Part shown: positions 37,889-47,011 of the stretch, piece by piece
Numbering within the stretch: position 1 is the stretch's first letter
Layout of the letters: every line of letters begins with the position of its first letter
NCBI GenBank assembly: GCA_036679065.1
Contig: JAZIGN010000003.1
Span: 576,001-640,000, forward strand
DNA length: 64,000 nucleotides
Reading direction: 5' to 3'
Source of the DNA: Coprothermobacterota bacterium
GTDB lineage: Bacteria; Coprothermobacterota; Coprothermobacteria; Coprothermobacterales; Coprothermobacteraceae
Notes under the pieces: model-generated
What the model was told of the DNA's origin: nothing
Databases searched by the model: none
The model's input: the letters and a program-made list of their open reading frames with translations, nothing else
Translations under genes and position numbers: made by a program

Positions 37889-37959
37889 TTGACTTCATGG
37901 CGGCGCTACTATATAATTTTTGAGCGTAAGTTAGCATCCTAATGATTAGCTTGCTAACT
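37889..37959 (+). promoter_or_regulatory. Sigma70 promoter plus putative double MarR operator
   Basis: TTGACT-17-TATAAT (37889-37917), then the inverted repeat AGTTAGCAtcCTAATgATTAGctTGCTAACT (37929-37959). Confidence 0.7.
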
Positions 37960-37995
37960 AATATTATGGTTATTAATTGAAAAGGAGGTTGAAAA

Positions 37996-38520
37996 GTGTT
38001 TGAAGGTAATGATCTGACGTCGCAACCGTGCGATGATGTGCTCTGCGCGAACAAAACCTCCATGCAGGTTTTCAGGGCGCTGTTCAAACTGATCAGAGTT
38101 CATGGCCAGCTGGTTTTTAGAATGACTGCTCAGAAAGGTTTTTACCCTGGCCAAGCGGTCGCTTTAGCAGCTATTGCACGTAAACCAGGAATAAGTCAGC
38201 GGGAGTTGGCTAACTTCATGCATGTGGCTCCTCCCACTGTGGCTAATATGTTAAAGAGTCTTGAAAGAGCAGGTTTCGTCGAAAGGAAGGTTGATTCACA
38301 AGATCAGCGCTTTGTACGTATCCAGCTAAGCGAAAAAGGGTTAAATGCTGCCAAAAGTATTGATGAGATTTTCTCTGCAATCTGCGATGTGAGTTTGGAT
38401 GGACTGGATGAGGAAAAAAAGCAGGTTTTGGTAGATTTACTCACTAAGATAGCTGAGAATATGTTACGGCACATGGAAAATCTAGGAGGTGCAAACGAAT
38501 ATGATAAAACTGCTCAGTAA
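37996..38520 (+). CDS. MarR-family transcriptional regulator
   Basis: GISQRELA...PPTV...LE..GFVER..D..D.R...I.LSEKG. Confidence 0.92.
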   Translation: MFEGNDLTSQPCDDVLCANKTSMQVFRALFKLIRVHGQLVFRMTAQKGFYPGQAVALAAIARKPGISQRELANFMHVAPPTVANMLKSLERAGFVERKVDSQDQRFVRIQLSEKGLNAAKSIDEIFSAICDVSLDGLDEEKKQVLVDLLTKIAENMLRHMENLGGANEYDKTAQ

Positions 38521-40240
38521 TTACTTGAAACCGTATTGGAAGTTCGTTTTGGTGGTCGTCTTGCTACTTACTTTTCAAGCGGTCATGAACCTTTATTTAC
38601 CAAACTTGAATGCCGACATAATCAACAACGGTGTGGTAAAAGGTGATGTGGATTACATTTGGAAAACAGGTGGGTTAATGCTGGCAGTTACTTGTTTGGT
38701 CATTATTGCTTCCATCATTTCTACCTATTTTGCATCAAAAACCGCTATGGGGTTCGGCCGCGACCTAAGAAATGCCGTCTTTGAAAAGGTGCTCAGTTTT
38801 TCACAAGCTGAACTAGATAAATTCGGTGTACCCACGCTCATAACGCGGAATACTAATGACGTACACCAAATGCAGATGATGGTTCAAATTGGTCTTACCA
38901 TGATTGTGACTGCACCCATCATGGCTGTGGGAAGCATAATAATGGCTCTTCGTCAAGACGTGGTGCTTTCTTATTCCATACTTATAATTGTTCCGCTCAT
39001 GGGAGCTGTGGTAGGCATAATGCTAACCATCGCCACACCTCTTTTTAGGTCAGTTCAGCAAAAAATAGACCGTGTTAACCAAGTACTACGCGAAAAGCTC
39101 ATGGGTGTACGAGTCATACGGGCCTTTGTTAAAGATGACTATGAAGCCAGGCGTTTCGATGAAGCTAATAAGGATCTTATGCAAACCACCTTAAAGGTAA
39201 ACCGTTTAATGGCTTTTGGTATCCCATCTTTAATGGCCATCATGAACTTGGCCATGGTTGCCATTGTTTGGTTTGGTAGCATGCGAATCGACAGCGGAGC
39301 CATGCCCATTGGTAACTTGACAGCTTTCCTCACATACATTATGCAAATCATGATTTCGGTGATGATTGCCATGGGGATGTTTATCATGGTTCCTCGGGCA
39401 GAGGCCTCTGCTGAGAGGATCTTATCTGTGCTTGAAACCGAACCTTCAATTGAGTCCGGTCCTGACGGAAAGATAACCCAAATTTCAGTGCCCAAAGGAT
39501 TATTAGAATTTCGGAACGTGGAATTCCGGTACCCAGGCGCAGAAAGACCTGTGCTAAGGGACATAAGCTTTACAGCTGAACCTGGCCAGTTTACAGCCAT
39601 TGTGGGGAGTACGGGATCCGGAAAAAGTACGCTGGTTAACTTAATTCCGCGTTTCTACGACGTCACAGCGGGTCAAATCTTGTTGGATGGTGTTGACATA
39701 CGCGAGATGCCTGTGGAAAAGTTGCGGGCAAAGGTATCTCTAGTTCCACAAAAGGCTTTTCTGTTTAGGGGCACTGTGGAAGAAAACCTCAGGTGGGGGA
39801 ATGATGACGCTACTATTGAGGAGCTTTGGCATGCTCTGGAAATAGCGCAAGCCAAAGAATTTGTGGTGAACATGCCTGGTCAACTTCAGGCTTTTATTGA
39901 CCAAGCCGGAGCCAACGTTTCTGGCGGCCAGCGTCAAAGGCTCTCCATTGCTAGAGCCCTGGTCAAGAAAGCGGAGGTTTATGTGTTCGACGATTGTTTC
40001 TCCGCTCTGGACTTTAAAACCGAGTCACTGGTGCGGTCATCTCTTCGAGAAGAGCTCAAAGATGCCACAGTCATTATTGTTGCACAAAGGGTTAGCAGTA
40101 TCATGGATGCTGACAAGATTGTTGTCCTAAACGATGACGGTACCATAGCCGGTGTTGGAACTCATGATGAGCTGTTAAAGACTTGCAGGGTGTATGAGGA
40201 GATTGTTTATTCACAGCTTTCAAAGGAGGAAATAGCATGA
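38501..40240 (+). CDS. Heterodimeric ABC exporter subunit with degenerate NBD site (TM287/LmrC-like)
   Basis: TMD plus NBD; GSTGSGKS, VSGGQ, Walker B FDDCFS (E to D), switch VAQR (H to Q). Confidence 0.93.
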   Translation: MIKLLSNYLKPYWKFVLVVVLLLTFQAVMNLYLPNLNADIINNGVVKGDVDYIWKTGGLMLAVTCLVIIASIISTYFASKTAMGFGRDLRNAVFEKVLSFSQAELDKFGVPTLITRNTNDVHQMQMMVQIGLTMIVTAPIMAVGSIIMALRQDVVLSYSILIIVPLMGAVVGIMLTIATPLFRSVQQKIDRVNQVLREKLMGVRVIRAFVKDDYEARRFDEANKDLMQTTLKVNRLMAFGIPSLMAIMNLAMVAIVWFGSMRIDSGAMPIGNLTAFLTYIMQIMISVMIAMGMFIMVPRAEASAERILSVLETEPSIESGPDGKITQISVPKGLLEFRNVEFRYPGAERPVLRDISFTAEPGQFTAIVGSTGSGKSTLVNLIPRFYDVTAGQILLDGVDIREMPVEKLRAKVSLVPQKAFLFRGTVEENLRWGNDDATIEELWHALEIAQAKEFVVNMPGQLQAFIDQAGANVSGGQRQRLSIARALVKKAEVYVFDDCFSALDFKTESLVRSSLREELKDATVIIVAQRVSSIMDADKIVVLNDDGTIAGVGTHDELLKTCRVYEEIVYSQLSKEEIA

Positions 40241-42201
40241 GTGACGAAAAGCGTCCTACAACTGGGCAAATGCCGCGCGGCATGGGTCCAGGCGGCAGGC
40301 GTGGCGTCGTACCCGGAGATAAACCTAAGGACTTCTCAGGCACACTCAGGCGCTTGCTGGTTTACTTTAAGCCCGAAATGCTTGGTCTGATTTTTGTAAT
40401 TATCCTGACCATAACCAGCGTGGTTTTCACCGTATATGCTCCCAGAATACTGGGTAATGCCACAAACGAGCTGTTCAAAGGAATTATAAGCAAGCAGCTT
40501 CCCGCTAATGTATCCAAAGAGCAAGTGTTGGCCATGCTTAAGGCTAGTGGTCAGGAGCAGTTCGCTGAAATGATATCCAAAATGGATTTGCTTCCCGGTG
40601 CAGGTGTGGATTTCGCAGCCATTGGAAAGATTTTGCTGACTTTGGCTGCCATTTACCTTCTGGCAGCATTCTTCCAATGGCTTCAGCAGTACATCATGGC
40701 TGGTGTATCCCAGCGTACGGTTTACCGGCTGCGACGCGATGTTGACCAAAAACTACAGAGACTTCCACTTAAGTACTATGATGGTCATCCTCATGGAGAT
40801 ATTTTGAGCAGAGTTACAAACGACGTGGACAACATTGCTCACACACTTCAGCAAACGATAACCCAGATGCTGAGTTCCATCGTTACCGTCATAGGAGTAC
40901 TCATAATGATGTTCAAGATTAGTACGTTGCTCTCTTGGATATCCTTGGCTGTCATACCTGTGTCGCTGGTGATCACACTTCTAATTGCAAAGCAATCTCA
41001 AAAACAGTTTGTCAGGCAATGGAACAGCACAGGTGCAGTTAACGCTCACGTGGAGGAAATGTTTACCGGACATAACCTGGTAAGAGCTTTTAACCGGGAG
41101 GAGGACGCACTTCAACAATTCCGTGAACAGAATGAAAAACTCTACGAGGCAAGTTTTAAGGCGCAGTTCATATCAGGGTTGATTCACCCAGTGATTAACT
41201 TCGTCAACAATCTCAACTATGTAGCCATTGCCGTACTGGGCGGGGTGAATGTGGCTAATGGTGTGATTTCCCTAGGTGATGTGCAGGCATTCATACAGTA
41301 TTCCCGACAGTTTACTCAGCCCATAGTGCAAGTTGCTAGTATCATGAATGTGCTTCAATCCACGGTGGCTTCAGCTGAAAGGGTCTTCGAATTATTGGAT
41401 GAGGAGGAAGAGGTACCCGATGTGGAAAACCCGGTGGTTTTAGAAAACGTAAAGGGCCATGTTCGTTTCGAGCATGTGTACTTTAGTTACAATCCCAATG
41501 TTCCATTAATTGAAGACTTCAACTTAGATGTTCAGGCAGGGGACATGATAGCCATTGTAGGGCCTACTGGAGCCGGTAAGACCACGTTGGTGAACCTTCT
41601 AATGAGATTCTATGACGTTAACAGTGGCAGAATCACTATCGATGGCGTGGACATAAGGCAGATGCGACGCCGCGATTTACGTAGGATCTTTGGCATGGTA
41701 CTTCAAGATACCTGGTTGTTTAGTGGGACTATAAGGGATAACATTGCATATGGTAAGGAGAATGCTACCGAAGAAGAAATAATCGCCGCAGCGAAAGCAG
41801 CGTACGTGGATCACTTTGTAAGAACGTTAGCTGATGGTTATGACACGGTTCTCACGGGTGATGCTACGAATATTTCCCAGGGTCAGAGGCAGCTAATAAC
41901 CATTGCAAGAGCTTTCTTGGCTGATCCCAAGATTCTCATTTTGGACGAAGCTACCAGCTCTGTGGACACCAGGACTGAAATGCTCATTCAAAAAGCCATG
42001 GCGAACTTGATGAAAGGACGGACCAGTTTCGTAATTGCCCACAGGTTGTCTACGATCAGAGATGCTGATAACATTGTGGTCATGGATCATGGCAGAATAG
42101 TGGAACAAGGTAATCACAAAGAACTCATGGAGAAGAAAGGGTTCTATTATAACCTCTACATGAGCCAATTCATGGGCGCTTTGGTAGATGAAGCCATATA
42201 A
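40237..42201 (+). CDS. Heterodimeric ABC exporter subunit (TM288/LmrD-like)
   Basis: GPTGAGKT, ISQGQ, LDEATS, IAHR. Confidence 0.93.
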   Translation: MSDEKRPTTGQMPRGMGPGGRRGVVPGDKPKDFSGTLRRLLVYFKPEMLGLIFVIILTITSVVFTVYAPRILGNATNELFKGIISKQLPANVSKEQVLAMLKASGQEQFAEMISKMDLLPGAGVDFAAIGKILLTLAAIYLLAAFFQWLQQYIMAGVSQRTVYRLRRDVDQKLQRLPLKYYDGHPHGDILSRVTNDVDNIAHTLQQTITQMLSSIVTVIGVLIMMFKISTLLSWISLAVIPVSLVITLLIAKQSQKQFVRQWNSTGAVNAHVEEMFTGHNLVRAFNREEDALQQFREQNEKLYEASFKAQFISGLIHPVINFVNNLNYVAIAVLGGVNVANGVISLGDVQAFIQYSRQFTQPIVQVASIMNVLQSTVASAERVFELLDEEEEVPDVENPVVLENVKGHVRFEHVYFSYNPNVPLIEDFNLDVQAGDMIAIVGPTGAGKTTLVNLLMRFYDVNSGRITIDGVDIRQMRRRDLRRIFGMVLQDTWLFSGTIRDNIAYGKENATEEEIIAAAKAAYVDHFVRTLADGYDTVLTGDATNISQGQRQLITIARAFLADPKILILDEATSSVDTRTEMLIQKAMANLMKGRTSFVIAHRLSTIRDADNIVVMDHGRIVEQGNHKELMEKKGFYYNLYMSQFMGALVDEAI

Positions 42202-42226
42202 GTGGTGCTGTACCAGTATTAGCAAT

Positions 42227-42262
42227 AAAAAAAGAGCCGGCAAACAAAGCCGGCTCCTTTTT
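42227..42262. terminator. Bidirectional intrinsic terminator
   Basis: A7-gagccggc-loop-gccggctc-ctttt. Confidence 0.85.
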
Positions 42263-42301
42263 GTTTGTTGTTAGTTGATTTCTCGGTGTGAGCAGCGCTT
42301 A

Positions 42302-43504
42302 TTACAGAGTCTCAAACCATTCCATTAGCGTTTTCCATTTACGAGCATCTTCCATCATGACCATAAGATCCGTCATCGCATTGGTATAGCTTTCACTGCT
42401 AGTGATCGTCTCTATATCGTTCATGTATCTCAAAGCTAAGTCATGGGATATGGAAGAAACAGGAGTATTTTCAGAGGTTTTCGCTAGGGATTCTATGTCG
42501 GAACGAACCTTTTCAACAAACGCAGTCAAGTCACGCTCATTCAGGGTAACCATTACGGTTGCATTGTTTTGGTCCGTATAAGAAAGATCAGTGAATACGC
42601 TCATGTCTCCCAATTCCTTTGATAGTTCAGCATCAGCATCGAACTTTGCTGCTACTAATATCCTTTGGAGCGTTGAAATATTCCCACCACTATGTAAGTT
42701 TGTAGAAACAAATTGCCTCTCAGCCTTAAAGAGCCAAGGAATGTTTATTGCCTTTGAGGGGTCGCCAATAATCTCATTTTGCATGGAGGTTTGCAGTTCC
42801 GTGGTGTTTGCTGAGGGTGGATAAGTGTCAGTGAGTGATGCAATGGTTTGACTTGCTGTTTGGGCCATTTTTTCCAATGCGTCACCTGGTTTTGCCATGC
42901 CCTGGAGTACTTCTTCGTAAATGTCAACAACTTGGTTGTATGCTTTTATGACGGCCACAGCGCTTGCGGCAGTCTGAATATCAGTGGAAGCAGTGGCTGT
43001 GCTTAGGAACTGCAACACATCTGAAGGATAGGGGATTTGCATCGCATAGTAAAGATTACTCAAACGTTCTTGAGCCACCAAATAAGCCATTAACGTGTTT
43101 TTGTCGGCTGATTGAGGCTCTTTTAGTGTCTTTAGTGTCATGCTGGCTAGTTCTTTTTGCAAGCTGGTTTTGTCGGCCGAAGGCGTTATCATGGCGCTGT
43201 AAAAATAAAGGTGGCCATTCAATATGTCATCCACGGTTAAACTTGCCGTGAGTTCTTCCAGAGAGGACGTCGATGTGCCTTCAGAGAGTACGTCTCTAAC
43301 CTGTAAAACCACCGATCTGTCAGGATCAGTAACAGCATTAGTGGGTATCGTTGCTGTTAGATTCCCGCTTAATGAGCTTAGGATCTTTTCTTGATCTTGG
43401 GCAGTGACAACTTTCTTACTCTGGTGCAAAATAATGCCCACGGTTAACGTTAAGGCAATTGCAACCAACAAAACCACAACGATGATTGTTCTTCTTGACT
43501 TCAT
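42302..43504 (-). CDS. Hypothetical membrane-anchored or exported protein
   Basis: GGAGG RBS, N-terminal positively charged plus hydrophobic segment, about 370-aa helical S/T/A-rich domain; no family recognised. Confidence 0.75.
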   Translation of the reverse strand: MKSRRTIIVVVLLVAIALTLTVGIILHQSKKVVTAQDQEKILSSLSGNLTATIPTNAVTDPDRSVVLQVRDVLSEGTSTSSLEELTASLTVDDILNGHLYFYSAMITPSADKTSLQKELASMTLKTLKEPQSADKNTLMAYLVAQERLSNLYYAMQIPYPSDVLQFLSTATASTDIQTAASAVAVIKAYNQVVDIYEEVLQGMAKPGDALEKMAQTASQTIASLTDTYPPSANTTELQTSMQNEIIGDPSKAINIPWLFKAERQFVSTNLHSGGNISTLQRILVAAKFDADAELSKELGDMSVFTDLSYTDQNNATVMVTLNERDLTAFVEKVRSDIESLAKTSENTPVSSISHDLALRYMNDIETITSSESYTNAMTDLMVMMEDARKWKTLMEWFETL

Positions 43505-43516
43505 AATTACCTCCTT

Positions 43517-44077
43517 CTACAAACCCAGTTCTTCGGATATTTCTTGCATTGCCTGTAGTACCAGATTCACGAATTCCTCCAAGCTGAGCCCAAAATCCTC
43601 GCATGTGGCTATCTGTTCTCGATTCGCCCCAGCGGCGAAGCGTTTTTCCTTAAACCTCTTGAGCACTCTTTCCGGCGTAACGCTTGATAGTTTCTTGTCT
43701 GGCATTACCAAGGCGACAGCTGTAATCAGCCCAGTTAGTGGATCCACGGCTCTCAAAACTTTGCCCATCAAACTATCGGGTGCAATACCATGCGCCTCGT
43801 TATGTGTCAAAATGGCTTTTGCCGCTTCTTCTGGTAAACCCAGGCTTTTTACCATTTCATACCCAACTCTGCTGTGTTCAAGAGGATCTTCGTTTGTGAT
43901 CTCCGTGTCAATGTCATGAAGTAAGCCTGTGAGTCCCCACAAATTCGCATCTTCATTGAAATACTCAGCCAGCTTTTTCATGGCAGCTTCTGTGGCTAAC
44001 ATGTGTCTGATCATGTTTTCGTTCTTGATGTGTTTTCTTACCTCCACAAGTGCTTCTTCTCTGCTGATCAAAGCCAA
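43517..44077 (-). CDS. HDIG-domain metal-dependent phosphohydrolase
   Basis: RHMLATE, GLLHDID, EHS, AILTHN, KRFAAGANRE; likely TTG start at 44077 after GGAGG. Confidence 0.88.
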   Translation of the reverse strand: MALISREEALVEVRKHIKNENMIRHMLATEAAMKKLAEYFNEDANLWGLTGLLHDIDTEITNEDPLEHSRVGYEMVKSLGLPEEAAKAILTHNEAHGIAPDSLMGKVLRAVDPLTGLITAVALVMPDKKLSSVTPERVLKRFKEKRFAAGANREQIATCEDFGLSLEEFVNLVLQAMQEISEELGL

Positions 44078-44460
44078 ACCGCCCTCCCATCTGTTAATAT
44101 TTCCTTCTTCCATATTGGTACTTCATTTTTAATACGGTCTATTACTTCCATTGTTGCTAAGAAACCCTCTTGTCTGTGAGGAGAAAGGGTTGCAACCACT
44201 AACGCCGTTTCACCAACGGTTAATCTGCCAATTCTATGCGCTGCGTACACCGTGACCCTGTACTTTTCCTCAACTTCACGGATTATCTTTTCCAATTGCG
44301 AAAGCGCCAACTCCTCATAAGCTGAGTATTCTATGGCTTCGACCTCACCGTTCTGCGAATGGCTTCGTACCTTGCCTTGGAAAACTATGAAAGAGCCCAT
44401 GGCATGATCTTCCAGCACCGGAAGTTCCAGTTCTTCTTTAGTTAAAATGGCTTTTTCCAT
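44068..44460 (-). CDS. moaE: Molybdopterin synthase catalytic subunit
   Basis: FQGKVR, IEYSAY, HRIG.L.VGE, SPHR, IK..VPIWKKE. Confidence 0.93.
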   Translation of the reverse strand: MEKAILTKEELELPVLEDHAMGSFIVFQGKVRSHSQNGEVEAIEYSAYEELALSQLEKIIREVEEKYRVTVYAAHRIGRLTVGETALVVATLSPHRQEGFLATMEVIDRIKNEVPIWKKEILTDGRAVWL

Positions 44461-44462
44461 TT

Positions 44463-44675
44463 CTACCCACCTCCTACGGGTGGCATTATCGCTAATTCAT
44501 CGCCGTCTTCAAGTGTAGCATTTGAGGGAACGAGTGTTCCATTTACAGCCAGCATGTAGACGCCTTCCACATTCAATTCCATGAGCAGTTGTTGAATCGT
44601 TTTACCTTTAGCGTCCAGCAGTAGCTGTGCTCCATGTAAATCAGCTAGCTTTCCAAAGAATCTCACCGTAACCAT
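44463..44675 (-). CDS. moaD: MoaD/ThiS-family sulfur carrier
   Basis: VTVRFFG...AVNG...LEDGDELAIMPPVGGG with C-terminal GG; adjacent to moaE; likely ATG 44675. Confidence 0.88.
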   Translation of the reverse strand: MVTVRFFGKLADLHGAQLLLDAKGKTIQQLLMELNVEGVYMLAVNGTLVPSNATLEDGDELAIMPPVGGG

Positions 44676-44679
44676 TTTC

Positions 44680-46737
44680 TCATTCACCATCATTTTTCTT
44701 GCGAGTGGGAAACTCGATTGCCACTTCACCGTCTTTTAGTACTACAAAGGCTCTATATGCTTTGCCGGCTTTTGAACGGAAGCGTTTCAAGCGTGTTCTT
44801 CCTTCTGCGACTAAGCGTCTCACATCGTCAGCTGTGATAACTCCTCCGTTCATATTCTTCCAGACTCTGAATTTGCAGCCTTCTTTCCAGTTACTGCAGT
44901 AGTATGATTTTTGGCCTTCAAGAATGTAGCCATCACAGAAGGGACACTTGGCTATGGGCATGTTCTGTTTGCTTTTTAGGGTTTTAGAGCTCTCTTCTTT
45001 TGATAAGGTCTTAACAATGTCTCTGACGTATTCCTCAATGGACCACATAAAACTTTCAGGAGTTTCTTTGCCCTTTTCAATAAGCCCCAGGCGACGTTCC
45101 CATTCACCCGTTAACTCCGGCTCAGTTAAACTCTGCAGCTTTACTTCGCGCAAGGCGTCAATAAGCATAATGCCCTTGGAGGTAGGAATTAATTGAGGTC
45201 CGTTTCTTTGTACATAGCCCATCTCAATTAGTCGTTCAATGATCTCTGCGCGAGTTGCTGGTGTTCCTATGCCTTTCTCTTTTAGTATTTCAGCAAGTTC
45301 TTCTGATTCCACCATCTTTCCCGCCGTTTCCATGGCTGCTATGAGGGTACCGTCAGTAAACCTTGGTGCTGGTCTCGTTTGTCTCTTTTCAGCTGCTGTT
45401 TCCAATACGGTAACCTCGGCAATATTGGGAAGCAGATCTTGGCTTTCTTTACCACCGAGTATGGCATACCAAGAAGGATCATCAACTCGGATTGCTGTGT
45501 ATTCAAAAAGATGGTCTCCATAGCTAAATACGGTCCTTTGATGAGTTTCAAAAGCTGGTGGATAGAACGCAGCTAAGAAGCGATCCACCACGTAATTGAA
45601 CATTCTTTCATCGTCACCTTTTAGTTCCTTGATTTTTCCTGTGGGTATGATAGCAAAGTGATCGGTAACTCGCGCGTTGTTGAAAATGCGTCCGCGGTTA
45701 TTTAGCTTTTTGACGTATTCCCAGTCGCCTTTTTCAAATACGGTCTCTAGCTGATTTGCTGTCCCAACTACCTGTTTTTTCATATCCGTAGGCAGGTACC
45801 GTGAGTCAGTTCTAGGGTAGGTTATAAGAGCATTCTCGTAAAGTTTTTGCAGTATTTTCAGTGTTTTTTGAGCTGACCATTTGAATGTTCTGGAGGTGAA
45901 TTTCTGCAAGTCCCCCAGATCGGGTAGTAAGGGTGGTTTGATTTTTTGTTGCTCTTCTGTTTGCTCAGTAACAGCAAGTGTTTTCCCTACCAGTTCCTGG
46001 GCAAGTTGTTCCGCCTCTTCTTGCTCGTATTCCCGTACGCTCTCAGCCCAAAAGCTTTTTCCGTCTACTTCAAAGCGAACTTTTACTTTGTAGTAGATGC
46101 GGGGAACAAAGTTTTGAATTTCCTTTTCTCTGTCTACCAAAATTGCCAAGGTGGGCGTCTGCACTCTGCCTATGGAGAATACTTCCCTTTTTGAAACCAC
46201 AGTAAAAGCTCGAGATGCGTTTATGCCCACCAACCAGTCAGCTTTCGCCCTGGCTAAAGCAGAAGCATAAAGGTTATCCAGTTCAGACAAATCAAGAAGC
46301 TGTTTTATCTGTTCTCTGATGGTTTCCTTCGTTAAAGACTGAAGCCACAGCCTTTTTACTGGTTTCTCGATACCCACGTACTCCTGAATTAAACGAAAGA
46401 TGAGCTCGCCTTCTCTTCCAGCATCAGTGGCACTTATAACCATGTCAGCTTCTGCCCACAACGACTTTATTTCTTCCAGCTGTTTCACCGCTGTTTTGCT
46501 AATGGGCACCAGTTGCCACGCATCCTCTTTTGGCATTATGGGTAGATCTTCCAGACGCCACTTTTTGTAGCGTTCGCCATAGTATTCAGGGTATGCAAAC
46601 TGAAGCAAGTGTCCCATGGCGTGGGCAATCACGTACTCGCCCACGACTAAATGATTTCCTTCTTTTTTTGGTTTTCCCAGTGCGGCAGCGATTTGACGCG
46701 CCACAGAGGGCTTTTCAGTAACAATCAGTATCGACAT
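44680..46737 (-). CDS. topB: Type IA DNA topoisomerase (Topo III-like)
   Basis: TEKPS, DAGREGE, GRVQTPTL, ITYPRTDS, GIGTPATRAEIIE; C-terminal Zn ribbon and a FRSKAGK repeat module. Confidence 0.88.
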   Translation of the reverse strand: MSILIVTEKPSVARQIAAALGKPKKEGNHLVVGEYVIAHAMGHLLQFAYPEYYGERYKKWRLEDLPIMPKEDAWQLVPISKTAVKQLEEIKSLWAEADMVISATDAGREGELIFRLIQEYVGIEKPVKRLWLQSLTKETIREQIKQLLDLSELDNLYASALARAKADWLVGINASRAFTVVSKREVFSIGRVQTPTLAILVDREKEIQNFVPRIYYKVKVRFEVDGKSFWAESVREYEQEEAEQLAQELVGKTLAVTEQTEEQQKIKPPLLPDLGDLQKFTSRTFKWSAQKTLKILQKLYENALITYPRTDSRYLPTDMKKQVVGTANQLETVFEKGDWEYVKKLNNRGRIFNNARVTDHFAIIPTGKIKELKGDDERMFNYVVDRFLAAFYPPAFETHQRTVFSYGDHLFEYTAIRVDDPSWYAILGGKESQDLLPNIAEVTVLETAAEKRQTRPAPRFTDGTLIAAMETAGKMVESEELAEILKEKGIGTPATRAEIIERLIEMGYVQRNGPQLIPTSKGIMLIDALREVKLQSLTEPELTGEWERRLGLIEKGKETPESFMWSIEEYVRDIVKTLSKEESSKTLKSKQNMPIAKCPFCDGYILEGQKSYYCSNWKEGCKFRVWKNMNGGVITADDVRRLVAEGRTRLKRFRSKAGKAYRAFVVLKDGEVAIEFPTRKKNDGE

Positions 46738-47011
46738 GACACCACCTTTTCATGATTTCGGGAATTATTGTTAGTTCTTGTTTCGCTTTGCACAACATCT
46801 ATGCCTCTTATTTTTTTTGCGGCGTCCATTCTCCAGGACTTTCCTTGAAGAAATACCTTCTTGGCACAGTTCTTATTCCCGTGTTTTCAAACGTATTCAC
46901 GTAATTCACATCATCCACATTTTCTTATGATTGCCATACAAACGTTAACACCTATTATAACCTTGTGTGCGAAGTGTGTAGAAAACAAAAATGACACAAA
47001 ACAACTTCGCA

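Noticed and set aside
38501..40240. Walker B E-to-D and switch H-to-Q changes read as pseudogenisation (also LDD in 58603-60324)
   Set aside because: These are the standard degenerate site of heterodimeric ABC exporters.
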